A stretch of 64,000 nucleotides of DNA from Acidimicrobiia bacterium (lineage in GTDB: Bacteria > Actinomycetota > Acidimicrobiia > Acidimicrobiales > Aldehydirespiratoraceae), in contig JAJEHD010000018.1 of NCBI GenBank assembly GCA_022819505.1, positions 627,663-691,662 on the forward strand, in the 5' to 3' direction. Position 1 is the stretch's first letter. Each line of letters opens with the position of its first letter. The notes under the pieces were generated by a model that worked only from the letters and a program-made list of their open reading frames with translations, was not told the DNA's origin and searched no databases. Positions 30,443-39,270 of this stretch are shown here, piece by piece. A program made the position numbers and the translations under genes.

Positions 30443-31312
30443 TCATGCCACCACCGCGTCCTTGCGACGCTGGATCGACAGGATCCCCTCAGGCCTCAGT
30501 ATCAGCACCGCGACCAGCACCCCGAAGGCCACCACCGGCCGGTAGGCGGTGGGGATGAACAGCGCGGAGACGTCCATCATGATCCCCAGCAGCAGCCCGG
30601 CCAGGATCACGCCGGTGATGCTGCGCAGGCCTCCCAGAACCGCGGCGGCCAGCACGATCAGGATGTTGTGCCAGCCGATCTCGGTGTTGACCGCGCCGAG
30701 CACGCCGAGCATCACCCCGGCCATGGCCCCGAACGCCGAGCTGATGAACCAGATCGTGTTGGACACGGTGCGCACCGGCACGCCCCTGACCCGGGCCAGG
30801 TCGTCGTTGCTGGCCACGGCCCGGATGGCCCGGCCCAGTCCGGTGGAGTTGAGGAACAGCTGGAGCGCGGCGATGCTGCCGAACGCCAGCCCGATGATCA
30901 CGAGCTCGTTGGTGGCGATGCCGATGCCCGCAAAGCGATGGAGGCTGCCCGACACGTCGGGGTAGAAGCGGGCCTGCGTGCCGAACAGCGCCAGGATGGC
31001 GGCGTACATCATCAGCGCCAGCCCGATGGAGGTGAACAGCAGCACCGTGCCGCCCTGGTGGCGCACCGGCTGGAAGAAGATCGCGGACAGCACAACCCCC
31101 AGGGCGCCGAGCCCGACCACGGTGATGGCCCCGGCCAGGAAGATGTTCATGCCGTAGGTGTCCACCAGCACCACCCCGACGAACGCGCCCAGCGCCATCA
31201 TCTGGGCGTGGGCGATGTTGAGGAAGTTCTCGGTCTGGCGCACCAGCGCGAAGCCGAGGGTCGCCACGGCCAGGATGCTGCCGGTGACGATCCCGAAGAC
31301 GACGTTCTGCAC
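30443..31312 (-). CDS. Branched-chain-amino-acid-type ABC permease, LivH-like
   Basis: 289 aa, multi-span hydrophobic, with the typical LivH N-terminus (VFGIVTGSILAVATLG...NIAHAQMMALGAF). Confidence 0.85.
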   Translation of the reverse strand: MQNVVFGIVTGSILAVATLGFALVRQTENFLNIAHAQMMALGAFVGVVLVDTYGMNIFLAGAITVVGLGALGVVLSAIFFQPVRHQGGTVLLFTSIGLALMMYAAILALFGTQARFYPDVSGSLHRFAGIGIATNELVIIGLAFGSIAALQLFLNSTGLGRAIRAVASNDDLARVRGVPVRTVSNTIWFISSAFGAMAGVMLGVLGAVNTEIGWHNILIVLAAAVLGGLRSITGVILAGLLLGIMMDVSALFIPTAYRPVVAFGVLVAVLILRPEGILSIQRRKDAVVA

Positions 31313-31336
31313 GGCGGACTCCCCGGGGAGGGACCT

Positions 31337-31370
31337 GGCGGCCGGCCCGAAAATCTACGGGCCGGCCGCC
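31337..31370. promoter_or_regulatory. Strong intercistronic stem-loop between the binding-protein and permease genes
   Basis: Perfect 13-bp inverted repeat GGCGGCCGGCCCG / CGGGCCGGCCGCC with the 8-nt loop AAAATCTA, inside the 79-bp gap of an otherwise tightly packed operon. Confidence 0.6.
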
Positions 31371-31391
31371 GCGGTCAGGCTCGCGTCCGGA

Positions 31392-32639
31392 CTAGGACGG
31401 CTTGACCAGCGTCGGGTCGAGCTCGATGTTCTCCCGGACGGCCCAGTCCCCGTCCTGCACGTGGATCACGGCCATCACTGGCGACAGCAGGTTGCCCACG
31501 CTGTTGAGGTTCAGGTTGGACGTGGTGCCGTGGTAGTCGATGTCGTTGCCGGCCTCGAGCTCGGCCAGGCCCTGGGCGTAGGAGAACACCTCGACGCCGG
31601 GCGGGTTGGCGATCTCCGGGATGGCGGCGGCCACTGCCGCTCCGTCGGTGGTGCCGGCCTTCGCCGTGGCCAGGCCCAGGATGATGTACTGGTCGTACTG
31701 CCAGGCGTCGTAGAAGGCGATCTCCGGCGGATCACCGATCTTCTCCTCGAACCTGGGCACGTAGGCGTCCCACGCCGGGTTGTTCACGGTGTCGTAGGCC
31801 GTTGCACCGACTATGGCGCTGGCCCCCGGCACGCCGCTCACGATCTCGGCGATCTCCGGGCTGAGAAGGTCGGTCGTGAAGATCATGGGAACGTCGGTGT
31901 AGCCCCGTCGCTGCCACTCGTTGAGGATCGGCACGCCCGTCTCGAAACCGGCCGCGATGTAGACGGCGTCGGGACCGGACTCGAAGGCCTGGGCCACCTG
32001 GGCCGCGTAGGTGGTCTCCCCGGCGTTGAAGCGGACATCCTCGGTGATGGTCCCACCCATCTGCTCGGTGAAGACGGCCTTGAACACATTGGCGGGACTC
32101 TCGGTGCCCTCGCTCAGCTCGACCAGCATGGCCACGTTGCGGTACCCCTCGTCGCGTGCCACCTGGGCGCCGACGATGCCGTTGTCGGTATCGGAGGGGA
32201 TGATGCGGAACACCATGTCACCACCGGTGCTGTCGAGTTCCGTCGTGCCGCAGGTGCTGCAGATCGTGGGGATCTGCAACTCGTGCACCGTGTCGAAGAT
32301 GGCGATCATCCCGTCGGACTCGATGCCGCCCAGGGCGTGGATTCCATCGACCTCGGTCAGCTCGGCGAAGCCCGACACCGCGCCCTCAGGCGTGGATCCG
32401 TTGTCCTCGACGACCAACTCGACGCTGCGCCCCAGCACGCCGCCGCCGGCATTGAGTTCCTCGACCGCCACTTCCGCCGCGGCCAGAGCCCAGTGGCCCC
32501 ACGGGCCGTAGTCCCCGGACTGTCCGTTGAGGAAGCCGTACTTGACGGGCCCCTCATCGGCAGCATCACCGCTATCACCGCTGCAAGCTGCGGCGGCCAC
32601 GAGGCCGACCGCGAGCAGCGCCACGAGTACGCGCTTCAC
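31392..32639 (-). CDS. Liv/amide-urea-type periplasmic-binding-protein-fold substrate-binding lipoprotein
   Basis: Frame of ORF 31392-32684. GTG 32639 is preceded by AAGGAG. Signal peptide plus lipobox VKRVLVALLAVGLVAAAACSG. Confidence 0.85.
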   Translation of the reverse strand: MKRVLVALLAVGLVAAAACSGDSGDAADEGPVKYGFLNGQSGDYGPWGHWALAAAEVAVEELNAGGGVLGRSVELVVEDNGSTPEGAVSGFAELTEVDGIHALGGIESDGMIAIFDTVHELQIPTICSTCGTTELDSTGGDMVFRIIPSDTDNGIVGAQVARDEGYRNVAMLVELSEGTESPANVFKAVFTEQMGGTITEDVRFNAGETTYAAQVAQAFESGPDAVYIAAGFETGVPILNEWQRRGYTDVPMIFTTDLLSPEIAEIVSGVPGASAIVGATAYDTVNNPAWDAYVPRFEEKIGDPPEIAFYDAWQYDQYIILGLATAKAGTTDGAAVAAAIPEIANPPGVEVFSYAQGLAELEAGNDIDYHGTTSNLNLNSVGNLLSPVMAVIHVQDGDWAVRENIELDPTLVKPS

Positions 32640-32738
32640 TTTTTTCTCCTTCCGGCTACCGGGTCGGGACGACCCAGCCCCCATCTGCTAGCCCATAGCG
32701 TTGCACCAATTTCGCCGTCTAGCCAGTCCGGAGCCAAA

Positions 32739-33242
32739 ATGTCTGACAGAAAGGCGTCAGCGGAGCCCCTTCTGGACTTCACGACCGCGACGGCGGCTAA
32801 CGCGCTGAGCCCCGGCGCGCGACACGACTTCCTCGACCGGCGCAACGACGGCCGGCTGGCCACGATTCGTGCCGACGGCTGGCCGCACGTGACGCCGATC
32901 TGGTTCCTGTGGCAGGCACCGGTGTTCTTGTTCTCCCTCGGCGCCAGCCGGCTGCACCTTTCCAACCTCAGGAGCGACGCCCGGGCGACATTCTGCGTCG
33001 GTGAGGATCTCGAGCGCGACGGCTCGGGCCGCGGGACGATCGCGGCGGTGGCCTTCGGGCGGGCAACTATCACGACGATGGAGGACGACGAGGCCTTCGT
33101 GCGTGCCATGACGGAGGCCGTCCTCGGGCGCTACCGCCCCACCGATGAGGCCATCGTGTGGGCCGAGGACCGGGCCATCGTCACCCTTGCTCCCCACCGA
33201 TGGCTGACATGGGCGAGCCCGCCGACCGCGCCCGAGCGTTGA
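32739..33242 (+). CDS. Pyridoxamine-5'-phosphate-oxidase-family (split-barrel, likely F420/FMN-binding) protein
   Basis: Internal ATG 32739 of ORF 31158-33242 (MSDRKASAEP). GRLATIRADGWPHVTPIWFLW is typical of PPOX-class proteins. Confidence 0.75.
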   Translation: MSDRKASAEPLLDFTTATAANALSPGARHDFLDRRNDGRLATIRADGWPHVTPIWFLWQAPVFLFSLGASRLHLSNLRSDARATFCVGEDLERDGSGRGTIAAVAFGRATITTMEDDEAFVRAMTEAVLGRYRPTDEAIVWAEDRAIVTLAPHRWLTWASPPTAPER

Positions 33243-33265
33243 GCCGACCCCGCCGGACCGCCGCT

Positions 33266-34084
33266 TCAACCAGCAACAGGTTCGCCGTGGACCTCGAACA
33301 GGAAGGCGCGCAGGGCCGCATTGACCTGGTCGGGACTCTCGAGGTTCACGGTGTGGCCTGCGCCGGGGATCGGCACCAGGTAGGCCGAACCGATGGCCGC
33401 GACGGTGGTGCGGGCGTCCTCGATCCCGATGGCCTCGTCCTCGAGTCCGTGTATGGCCACCACCGGAACGTCGATGGTGGCCAGGCGGTCGCTGATGTCG
33501 TCCTGCGTGAGCCAGGAGCACACCTCGTGGTACACGGCGTCGCCGCGGTGGCCCGCCCAGCGCTCCACCCAGTGCCGGACCATCTCGGGGCGGTTGCCGC
33601 GGGTCGAGGCTGAGAAGCAGATCCGAGCCTCTTCCAGCGCGAAGTCGCGGCCAACGTGCGGCGCGCCGAGCAACCGCCGGTAGTGCTGCTCCCAACCGGA
33701 CTGGTCGGCCTCCGAGTAGCTCAGACCACTGCTCGCGATCAGGGCCAGGCCGTCGATGCGGTCCGGATGGCCGAGCACGACCCGCAGCGCCATCCAGCCG
33801 CCCATCGACATGCCGGCGATCACGCAGCGCTCGATCTGCAGGCTGTCCAGCAGCCGGACACAGTCGTCGGCGAGGTCGTAGAGGCTGTAGGGGCCCTCCC
33901 AGCGGGCGCCCCGGGCGCGGTGGTCGAAGGCCACCACCCGGTAGCGGTCACCGAGTGCCTCCAGCTGGGGCTCGAACATCGTGCGGTCCATCATGGAGCC
34001 GTGGCTGAAGACCACCACGGGACCCTGCCCCGCCTCGTCGTAAGCCACGCCGGCAGCCTCCGCGGAGATCATCGGTCCGGTCAC
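33266..34084 (-). CDS. Alpha/beta-fold hydrolase
   Basis: ORF 33266-34138. GTG 34084 follows a GGAGGAA RBS. Nucleophile elbow GMSMGG and HG oxyanion motif (VFSHGS). Confidence 0.8.
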   Translation of the reverse strand: MTGPMISAEAAGVAYDEAGQGPVVVFSHGSMMDRTMFEPQLEALGDRYRVVAFDHRARGARWEGPYSLYDLADDCVRLLDSLQIERCVIAGMSMGGWMALRVVLGHPDRIDGLALIASSGLSYSEADQSGWEQHYRRLLGAPHVGRDFALEEARICFSASTRGNRPEMVRHWVERWAGHRGDAVYHEVCSWLTQDDISDRLATIDVPVVAIHGLEDEAIGIEDARTTVAAIGSAYLVPIPGAGHTVNLESPDQVNAALRAFLFEVHGEPVAG

Positions 34085-34149
34085 TTGGGTTCCTCCCGAC
34101 TCCCGTCGCGAGCCCGGCGCCCGCGGCGACAGGGTCATACACTCCCGGC

Positions 34150-34548
34150 GTGGCCAAGAACAAGCCCCAAGTCGTGCCCCTGGCGTCGGTGGAGGTCAGA
34201 GCACCCGAGGACGCCCCCACGAAGGTCCGTATCGCCAGGATGATCACCAACGCCCGCTGCGGGTCCAACATGTTGCTGGGCGTGGCGTGGGTGCAGCCCG
34301 GCGAGAAGACCAACCGATGGTCGACCCAGGCCGACGACGAACTCGAGCCCAATGACCACCACTACGGCTACCTGGAGGAGGTCTACTTCATCCTCCACGG
34401 CAACTTTCGTCTCGAGTGGGACGAGGGGGTTCTCGAGTTCGGACCCAACGACGCGGTCTACCTGCCGGCCGGCTGGCAGTACCAGCTCGAATGCGTGGGC
34501 GACGTGCCCGGCATGCTGGTCTACGGCTTCTCGCCCACTCCCGAGTAG
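34150..34548 (+). CDS. Cupin-domain protein
   Basis: 132 aa. HHYGYLEEVYFILHG and YLPAGWQYQL are cupin barrel motifs. Confidence 0.65.
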   Translation: MAKNKPQVVPLASVEVRAPEDAPTKVRIARMITNARCGSNMLLGVAWVQPGEKTNRWSTQADDELEPNDHHYGYLEEVYFILHGNFRLEWDEGVLEFGPNDAVYLPAGWQYQLECVGDVPGMLVYGFSPTPE

Positions 34549-34605
34549 GCGCGGCCGCGGTCCGGCGGGCAGCGTCGCAGCCACGGGCACGGTCAGGATC
34601 CACCG

Positions 34606-35592
34606 GTGCGTTACGGGGTGACGCTCCAGGCCGTCGCCGAGCCGGCCGAGTTCACCGAACTGGTCCGCTGGATCGAGCGGCTCGGCTACGACGACCTGTG
34701 GGTCGGCGACTCGTCGCTGCACTGCGGCGATGCCTACGTGTACGCCACGCTCGCCCTCCAGGCCACCTCGCGGCTCAGGGTCGGCACCTCGGTCACCAAC
34801 CCCCTGACCCGTCACACCGGCATCACCGCCAACGTCTTCCGGTCGCTCGACCAGCTCGGTCCGGGACGGGTGGTCTGCGGGACGGGTGTCGGCGAACGGC
34901 CGCTGATCGAGCTGGGCTTCTCCAGGGCCAAGCTCTCGACCCTCGTTGAGCACATGGACGCCATGCGGCGGCTCTGGCGGGGCGAGACGGTGGACGCCCG
35001 GGTCGGGAGCCAGCGGCTGGTGGGATCGCACCTGCGGTCCGCCGCGGGCTCCATCCCGATCTTCGTGTCGGCCTCGGGCCCCCGCACGATCGAGACCGCC
35101 GGACGCCACGCCGACGGCGTTCTCATGCTGGTGGGCCTCTGGCCGGAGCCGTTGCGACAGGCTCTCGGGCAGCTCCAGCAGGGACGGCGCGACAGCACCG
35201 TGGACCGCTTCGAGACCGCCTGCTGTCTCTACGGAGCGGTCGACGATGACGAGACGGAGGCCATCGAGTCGGCCAGGGCCATCGTGGCGTGGCTGGCCAA
35301 GGCGTCACCGCCGGCGGCACGGGCTGCGGGCATGCCCAAGGATCTAATCGAGGAGATCGACGCCAACTACAGTGGTCGCGAGTTCCAGGAGGCTCGCCGG
35401 GCCGCCGCGGTCGTGCCCGGCGCGGTGGTGCAGCGGGTGGCCTTCGCCGGAGGCCGCAAGTACGCCGAGGACAAGCTGGCGTGGCTCGAATCGGCCGGGG
35501 TCGACACCGTGAATCTCGGCCCCCTGGCCCCGGACCCCCGCCCGACCATCGCGGCCGTGGCCGAGATCGCCGGGCTGGAGCCGACCGGTTGA
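34606..35592 (+). CDS. Luciferase-like (LLM-class, probably F420-dependent) oxidoreductase
   Basis: 328 aa. The TIM-barrel LLM pattern GYDDLWVGDS...LRVGTSVTNP...SASGPRTIETAGRHADG. Confidence 0.8.
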   Translation: MRYGVTLQAVAEPAEFTELVRWIERLGYDDLWVGDSSLHCGDAYVYATLALQATSRLRVGTSVTNPLTRHTGITANVFRSLDQLGPGRVVCGTGVGERPLIELGFSRAKLSTLVEHMDAMRRLWRGETVDARVGSQRLVGSHLRSAAGSIPIFVSASGPRTIETAGRHADGVLMLVGLWPEPLRQALGQLQQGRRDSTVDRFETACCLYGAVDDDETEAIESARAIVAWLAKASPPAARAAGMPKDLIEEIDANYSGREFQEARRAAAVVPGAVVQRVAFAGGRKYAEDKLAWLESAGVDTVNLGPLAPDPRPTIAAVAEIAGLEPTG

Positions 35593-35681
35593 CCGAGGGC
35601 CGGTCAGCGGGCGGCATGGTCATCGTGGTAAGCGTCTGACATATAGTTGCACCGTCGCAAGCGGAGCCATAGGGGGAGGCC

Positions 35682-36650
35682 ATGAGCAACGCATTACGCC
35701 AGTACTGGCACCCGGTAGCGGCCGTCGAGGAGCTTGACGGCGGTCCGATCAAGACCACCCTCCTCGACGAGGACCTGGTCGTGTTCCGCTCCGGCGGCGA
35801 GATTCACGCCCTGCAGGACCTGTGCATCCACCGGGGCACGCCCCTGTCGCTCGGTTCGGTGAACGCCGACGGTTGCATCGTGTGCCCCTACCACGGCTGG
35901 ACCTACGACACCGACGGCAAGTGCGTCCACATCCCGTCGCAGCCGCCCGACCGCCAGCGGATCCCGTCGCAGGCGAGGGTGCCCGCCTACCGGACCTCGG
36001 AGCACTACGGGCTGGTCTATGTGGCGCTTGAGGATCCGGTCGCCCCGGTGCCGGAGTTCCCCGAGTTCTACGACGAGGGGTTCAACATGATCCGGCCGGG
36101 CGAGTGGACGTGGAATGCCAGCGCGGCCCGTTTCGTGGAGAACGCCATCGACACGTCGCACCTTCCGATCGTGCATCCGGGTCTGCTGGCCGATCCCTCG
36201 GCCACCGTCATCGCACCCTTCGACATGGAGGAGACCGACCGTGGCTACGCCTTCTCGGCCAGGCGCCACGATGTGGACGAGGCCATGTTCGGTGACGCCG
36301 ACGAGCTGGTCACCCAGAAGACGTGGGTGGAAATCCCCTTCAGCTGGCGCCTGCTGATTACCGCCGAGTCCCAGAGCACGGTGGTGTTCATCGCCAACCA
36401 GCCGATCTCCCTCAAGAAGGTCCGCTTCTGGGAGTTCGTCGGCATCAAGGGCAGCCAGGACCAGACCGACGACGAGATCATCGCCTTCCACCAGAAGGTC
36501 ATCGAGCAGGACCGCCACATAGTCGAGAACCAGCGACCCGAGATGCTGCCGCTGGACATCACCGCAGAACTGCATCTCAGAGTGGCCGACGAGCCCGCGC
36601 TCGAATACCGGCGCCGTCTCGCGGCGGTGGCCGGCGCCGAGTACGCCTGA
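35682..36650 (+). CDS. Alpha-only Rieske non-heme-iron oxygenase (VanA/PobA-like), paralogue of 25748-26755
   Basis: 322 aa. Rieske motif CIHRG...CPYHGW and Fe motif DTSHLPIVH. Confidence 0.85.
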   Translation: MSNALRQYWHPVAAVEELDGGPIKTTLLDEDLVVFRSGGEIHALQDLCIHRGTPLSLGSVNADGCIVCPYHGWTYDTDGKCVHIPSQPPDRQRIPSQARVPAYRTSEHYGLVYVALEDPVAPVPEFPEFYDEGFNMIRPGEWTWNASAARFVENAIDTSHLPIVHPGLLADPSATVIAPFDMEETDRGYAFSARRHDVDEAMFGDADELVTQKTWVEIPFSWRLLITAESQSTVVFIANQPISLKKVRFWEFVGIKGSQDQTDDEIIAFHQKVIEQDRHIVENQRPEMLPLDITAELHLRVADEPALEYRRRLAAVAGAEYA

Positions 36651-36691
36651 GGGCAGCCCGCAATTCACATCAAGCAAAGGAGCGCTTCCCC

Positions 36692-37951
36692 ATGCCGACC
36701 GCGATGAGCCTGGAGTGGCCCACCGACGACTTCAGCCGGATCCCGTTCGCGGCGTACCTCGACGAGGACATCTACGTGGAGGAGCAGGAGCGGATCTTCC
36801 GTGGTCCCGTCTGGTCGTACCTGGCCCTCGAGGCCGAGATCCCCAACACCGGCGACTTCATCACCACCTACGTGGGCGACACGCCGGTGCTGGTCAACCG
36901 CCAGCGCGACGGCCAGGTCTCGGCGTTCGTGAACCGCTGCATGCACCGGGGCTCGATGCTCAAGCGCGAGTGCCGGGGCAACGCCACCATGCACACCTGC
37001 CTCTACCACCAGTGGGCCTACGACCTCACCGGCCAGCTGCGGGCGGTGCCGTTCGCCAAGGGACACATGGGACGGGGCGGTCTGCCGCCGGACTTCGACA
37101 TCAAGTCGGTGAAGCTGACGTCGATGCGGGTGGAGAGCTACCAGGGCGTGCTGTTCGGGACGTTCTCCGACGAGACCGAACCGCTGGTCGACTACCTCGG
37201 CGACAACGTGCGGGCCGAGCTCGACCGGGTCTTCAACCGGCCCATCAGCCTGCTCGGCTACCAGCGCCAGCGCATCCTCGGCAACTGGAAGCTCTACAAC
37301 GACAACGTGCGGGACCCGAACCACGGGGCGTTGCTTCACATGTTCCACGCCACCTTCGGCCTGTACCGGCCCACCCAGCGCGGCGGGGTGAAGATGGACG
37401 ACCGTCACCGCCACAACATCAGCTACTCCATGATGGGCACCAGCGACGACGACGCCGACGCCGAGGCGTTCGCCGGAACCCAGAAGGTCTTCGACAAGGG
37501 ATTCCGCCTCGAGGACCCGTCGATGCTGCAGTACGACAAGGAGTATCCCGACGACGTGTCGCTGACCATCCTGTCGATCTTCCCCAACATGGTGATGCAG
37601 CAGATCACCAACAGCCTCTGCACCCGCCAGATCCAGACCCGCGGTCCAGGCGAACTGGAGCTGTACTGGACCTACTTCGGCTACACCGACGACGACGAGA
37701 AGATGACCCAGCATCGCCTCAACCAGGCCAACCTGGTCGGACCGGGCGGGCTGATCTCCATGGAGGACGGCGAGGCGGTCGAGATGGTCCATCGGGCGGT
37801 GAAGCGCGAGCAGGACGAGCACGGCATCGTCGAGATCGGCGGCAAGGGCGAGATCGCGGACCACGACTACCTCGTGACCGAGATCCCGATCCGGGGGTTC
37901 TGGTCGTACTACTACGAGCTGATGTGCATCGAGGCAGAGCAGGCGGCCTGA
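36692..37951 (+). CDS. Rieske ring-hydroxylating dioxygenase alpha subunit (second system)
   Basis: ATG 36692 follows AAAGGAG. Rieske motif CMHRG...CLYHQW and Fe motif DPNHGALLH. Confidence 0.9.
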   Translation: MPTAMSLEWPTDDFSRIPFAAYLDEDIYVEEQERIFRGPVWSYLALEAEIPNTGDFITTYVGDTPVLVNRQRDGQVSAFVNRCMHRGSMLKRECRGNATMHTCLYHQWAYDLTGQLRAVPFAKGHMGRGGLPPDFDIKSVKLTSMRVESYQGVLFGTFSDETEPLVDYLGDNVRAELDRVFNRPISLLGYQRQRILGNWKLYNDNVRDPNHGALLHMFHATFGLYRPTQRGGVKMDDRHRHNISYSMMGTSDDDADAEAFAGTQKVFDKGFRLEDPSMLQYDKEYPDDVSLTILSIFPNMVMQQITNSLCTRQIQTRGPGELELYWTYFGYTDDDEKMTQHRLNQANLVGPGGLISMEDGEAVEMVHRAVKREQDEHGIVEIGGKGEIADHDYLVTEIPIRGFWSYYYELMCIEAEQAA

Positions 37952-38424
37952 TGGGCTCAGGGAGTGAGCGCGACGCCGTAGTGGCGTTGATGATCGACTA
38001 TGTGCACCTGATCGACGAGGACCGGCTCGAGGACTGGGTCGAGCTGTTCACCGACGACTGCACCTACAAGATCCTGTCGCGGGAGAACGTCGATGCCGGC
38101 TACCCCCTGGAGCTCCTGTCGTGCCACAACAAGGGCATGCTGCGCGACCGGGTGGTGTCGCTGAGAGAGGCCAACCTCTACAACCTCCACACCGACAAGC
38201 ACGTGCTGGGCATGGTCCGGACGCACCAGGAGAGCGACGGCGTGTGGACCGCCCAAGCCAACTTCTCGCTGTACCAGTCGACCCTCGACGGGGAGACCGA
38301 CCTCTTCGCGGTCGGGACCTACCGTGACCGGGTGGTCTTCGACAACGGCCAGCCGCTGTTCGCGGAGAAGATCGTCGTCAACGACACCTTCGCGGTGGCC
38401 AGGATGCTCTCAACCCCGATCTGA
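37951..38424 (+). CDS. Rieske ring-hydroxylating dioxygenase beta subunit (second system)
   Basis: The ATG shares 1 nt with the alpha stop (TGATG). NTF2-like sequence: DYVHLIDEDRLEDWVELFTDDCTY. Confidence 0.85.
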   Translation: MGSGSERDAVVALMIDYVHLIDEDRLEDWVELFTDDCTYKILSRENVDAGYPLELLSCHNKGMLRDRVVSLREANLYNLHTDKHVLGMVRTHQESDGVWTAQANFSLYQSTLDGETDLFAVGTYRDRVVFDNGQPLFAEKIVVNDTFAVARMLSTPI

Positions 38425-38457
38425 CCCGGGTCCTGCCGCGACTCTGTCGAGGCCGGG

Positions 38458-39198
38458 CTACTCCTGCCAGCGCTTGTAGCGGGGGTCGTCCTCGAAGAAG
38501 GCCCGGTACATGCCGTCGAAGGCCAGCCACTGCAGGTCGATGCTGCGCCGGACCGCGTTCCACACCCGGGTGCGGGTGTAGTCGTCGTTGGCGTAACGGC
38601 GCACGATGGCGGGCCCGATGTCGCCGTGGTCCTCCTCGATTTCCGAGGCGTGGATCTCCCAGTAAGTAAGCCCCTCGGAGCCCTTGGTGTAGCCGTAGTC
38701 CTTTACGAACGACTCGATCAGCATGTCGTTGCGCTTGGCCGAGGCGCCCTCGATGAAGGCGATTCCGGCGATGGCCGCGATCCAGTCGCCCTTGAACGCG
38801 TTGAAGTAGCGCCACTGCTCGAAGGCGGCCGTCTCCGGTATGGCGTCGGTCGCCATCATCTCCTCCGCGGACAGACCGAGGGTGGCGCACCAGTTGAAGT
38901 AGATCTGGAGGTGGTGGCCGGTGCCCGAGTGGCTGCCGGTGGCCTCCTCCATCAGCACGTCGCCGAACCACAGGTGCTCGATGTCGGGGTCGCCCTCCGG
39001 CGCGTAGGCGTACACCGCGCAGTGCGGCCTCGGGTTGGGCTTGGGCCCCACGAAGAAGAACTGCCTGGCGAAGCCCCGCAGGGACCTGCGGGAGGCGTTC
39101 CCCTCGCAGATGGCGCTGACCAGCGGGTGGAACTTGATGTGCTCAGCCTCGACGGTCTCGTCGATGCGTCGCAGGAGGTCGTCGGTTTCTGCAGACAT
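38458..39198 (-). CDS. Heme-oxygenase-like fold protein (TenA/PqqC / iron-containing redox enzyme family), possible diiron oxidase
   Basis: 246 aa, all-helical. Candidate carboxylate/His ligands lie in LMEEATGSHSGTGHH, FIEGAS and EIHASEIEEDHGD. Confidence 0.6.
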   Translation of the reverse strand: MSAETDDLLRRIDETVEAEHIKFHPLVSAICEGNASRRSLRGFARQFFFVGPKPNPRPHCAVYAYAPEGDPDIEHLWFGDVLMEEATGSHSGTGHHLQIYFNWCATLGLSAEEMMATDAIPETAAFEQWRYFNAFKGDWIAAIAGIAFIEGASAKRNDMLIESFVKDYGYTKGSEGLTYWEIHASEIEEDHGDIGPAIVRRYANDDYTRTRVWNAVRRSIDLQWLAFDGMYRAFFEDDPRYKRWQE

Positions 39199-39270
39199 GG
39201 GGCGGCACCATAGCGGTACCGGCGAGCACGCTCATGGTCGGGCTGCGCCCAAGGGCGCCTCCCGGTTCGA

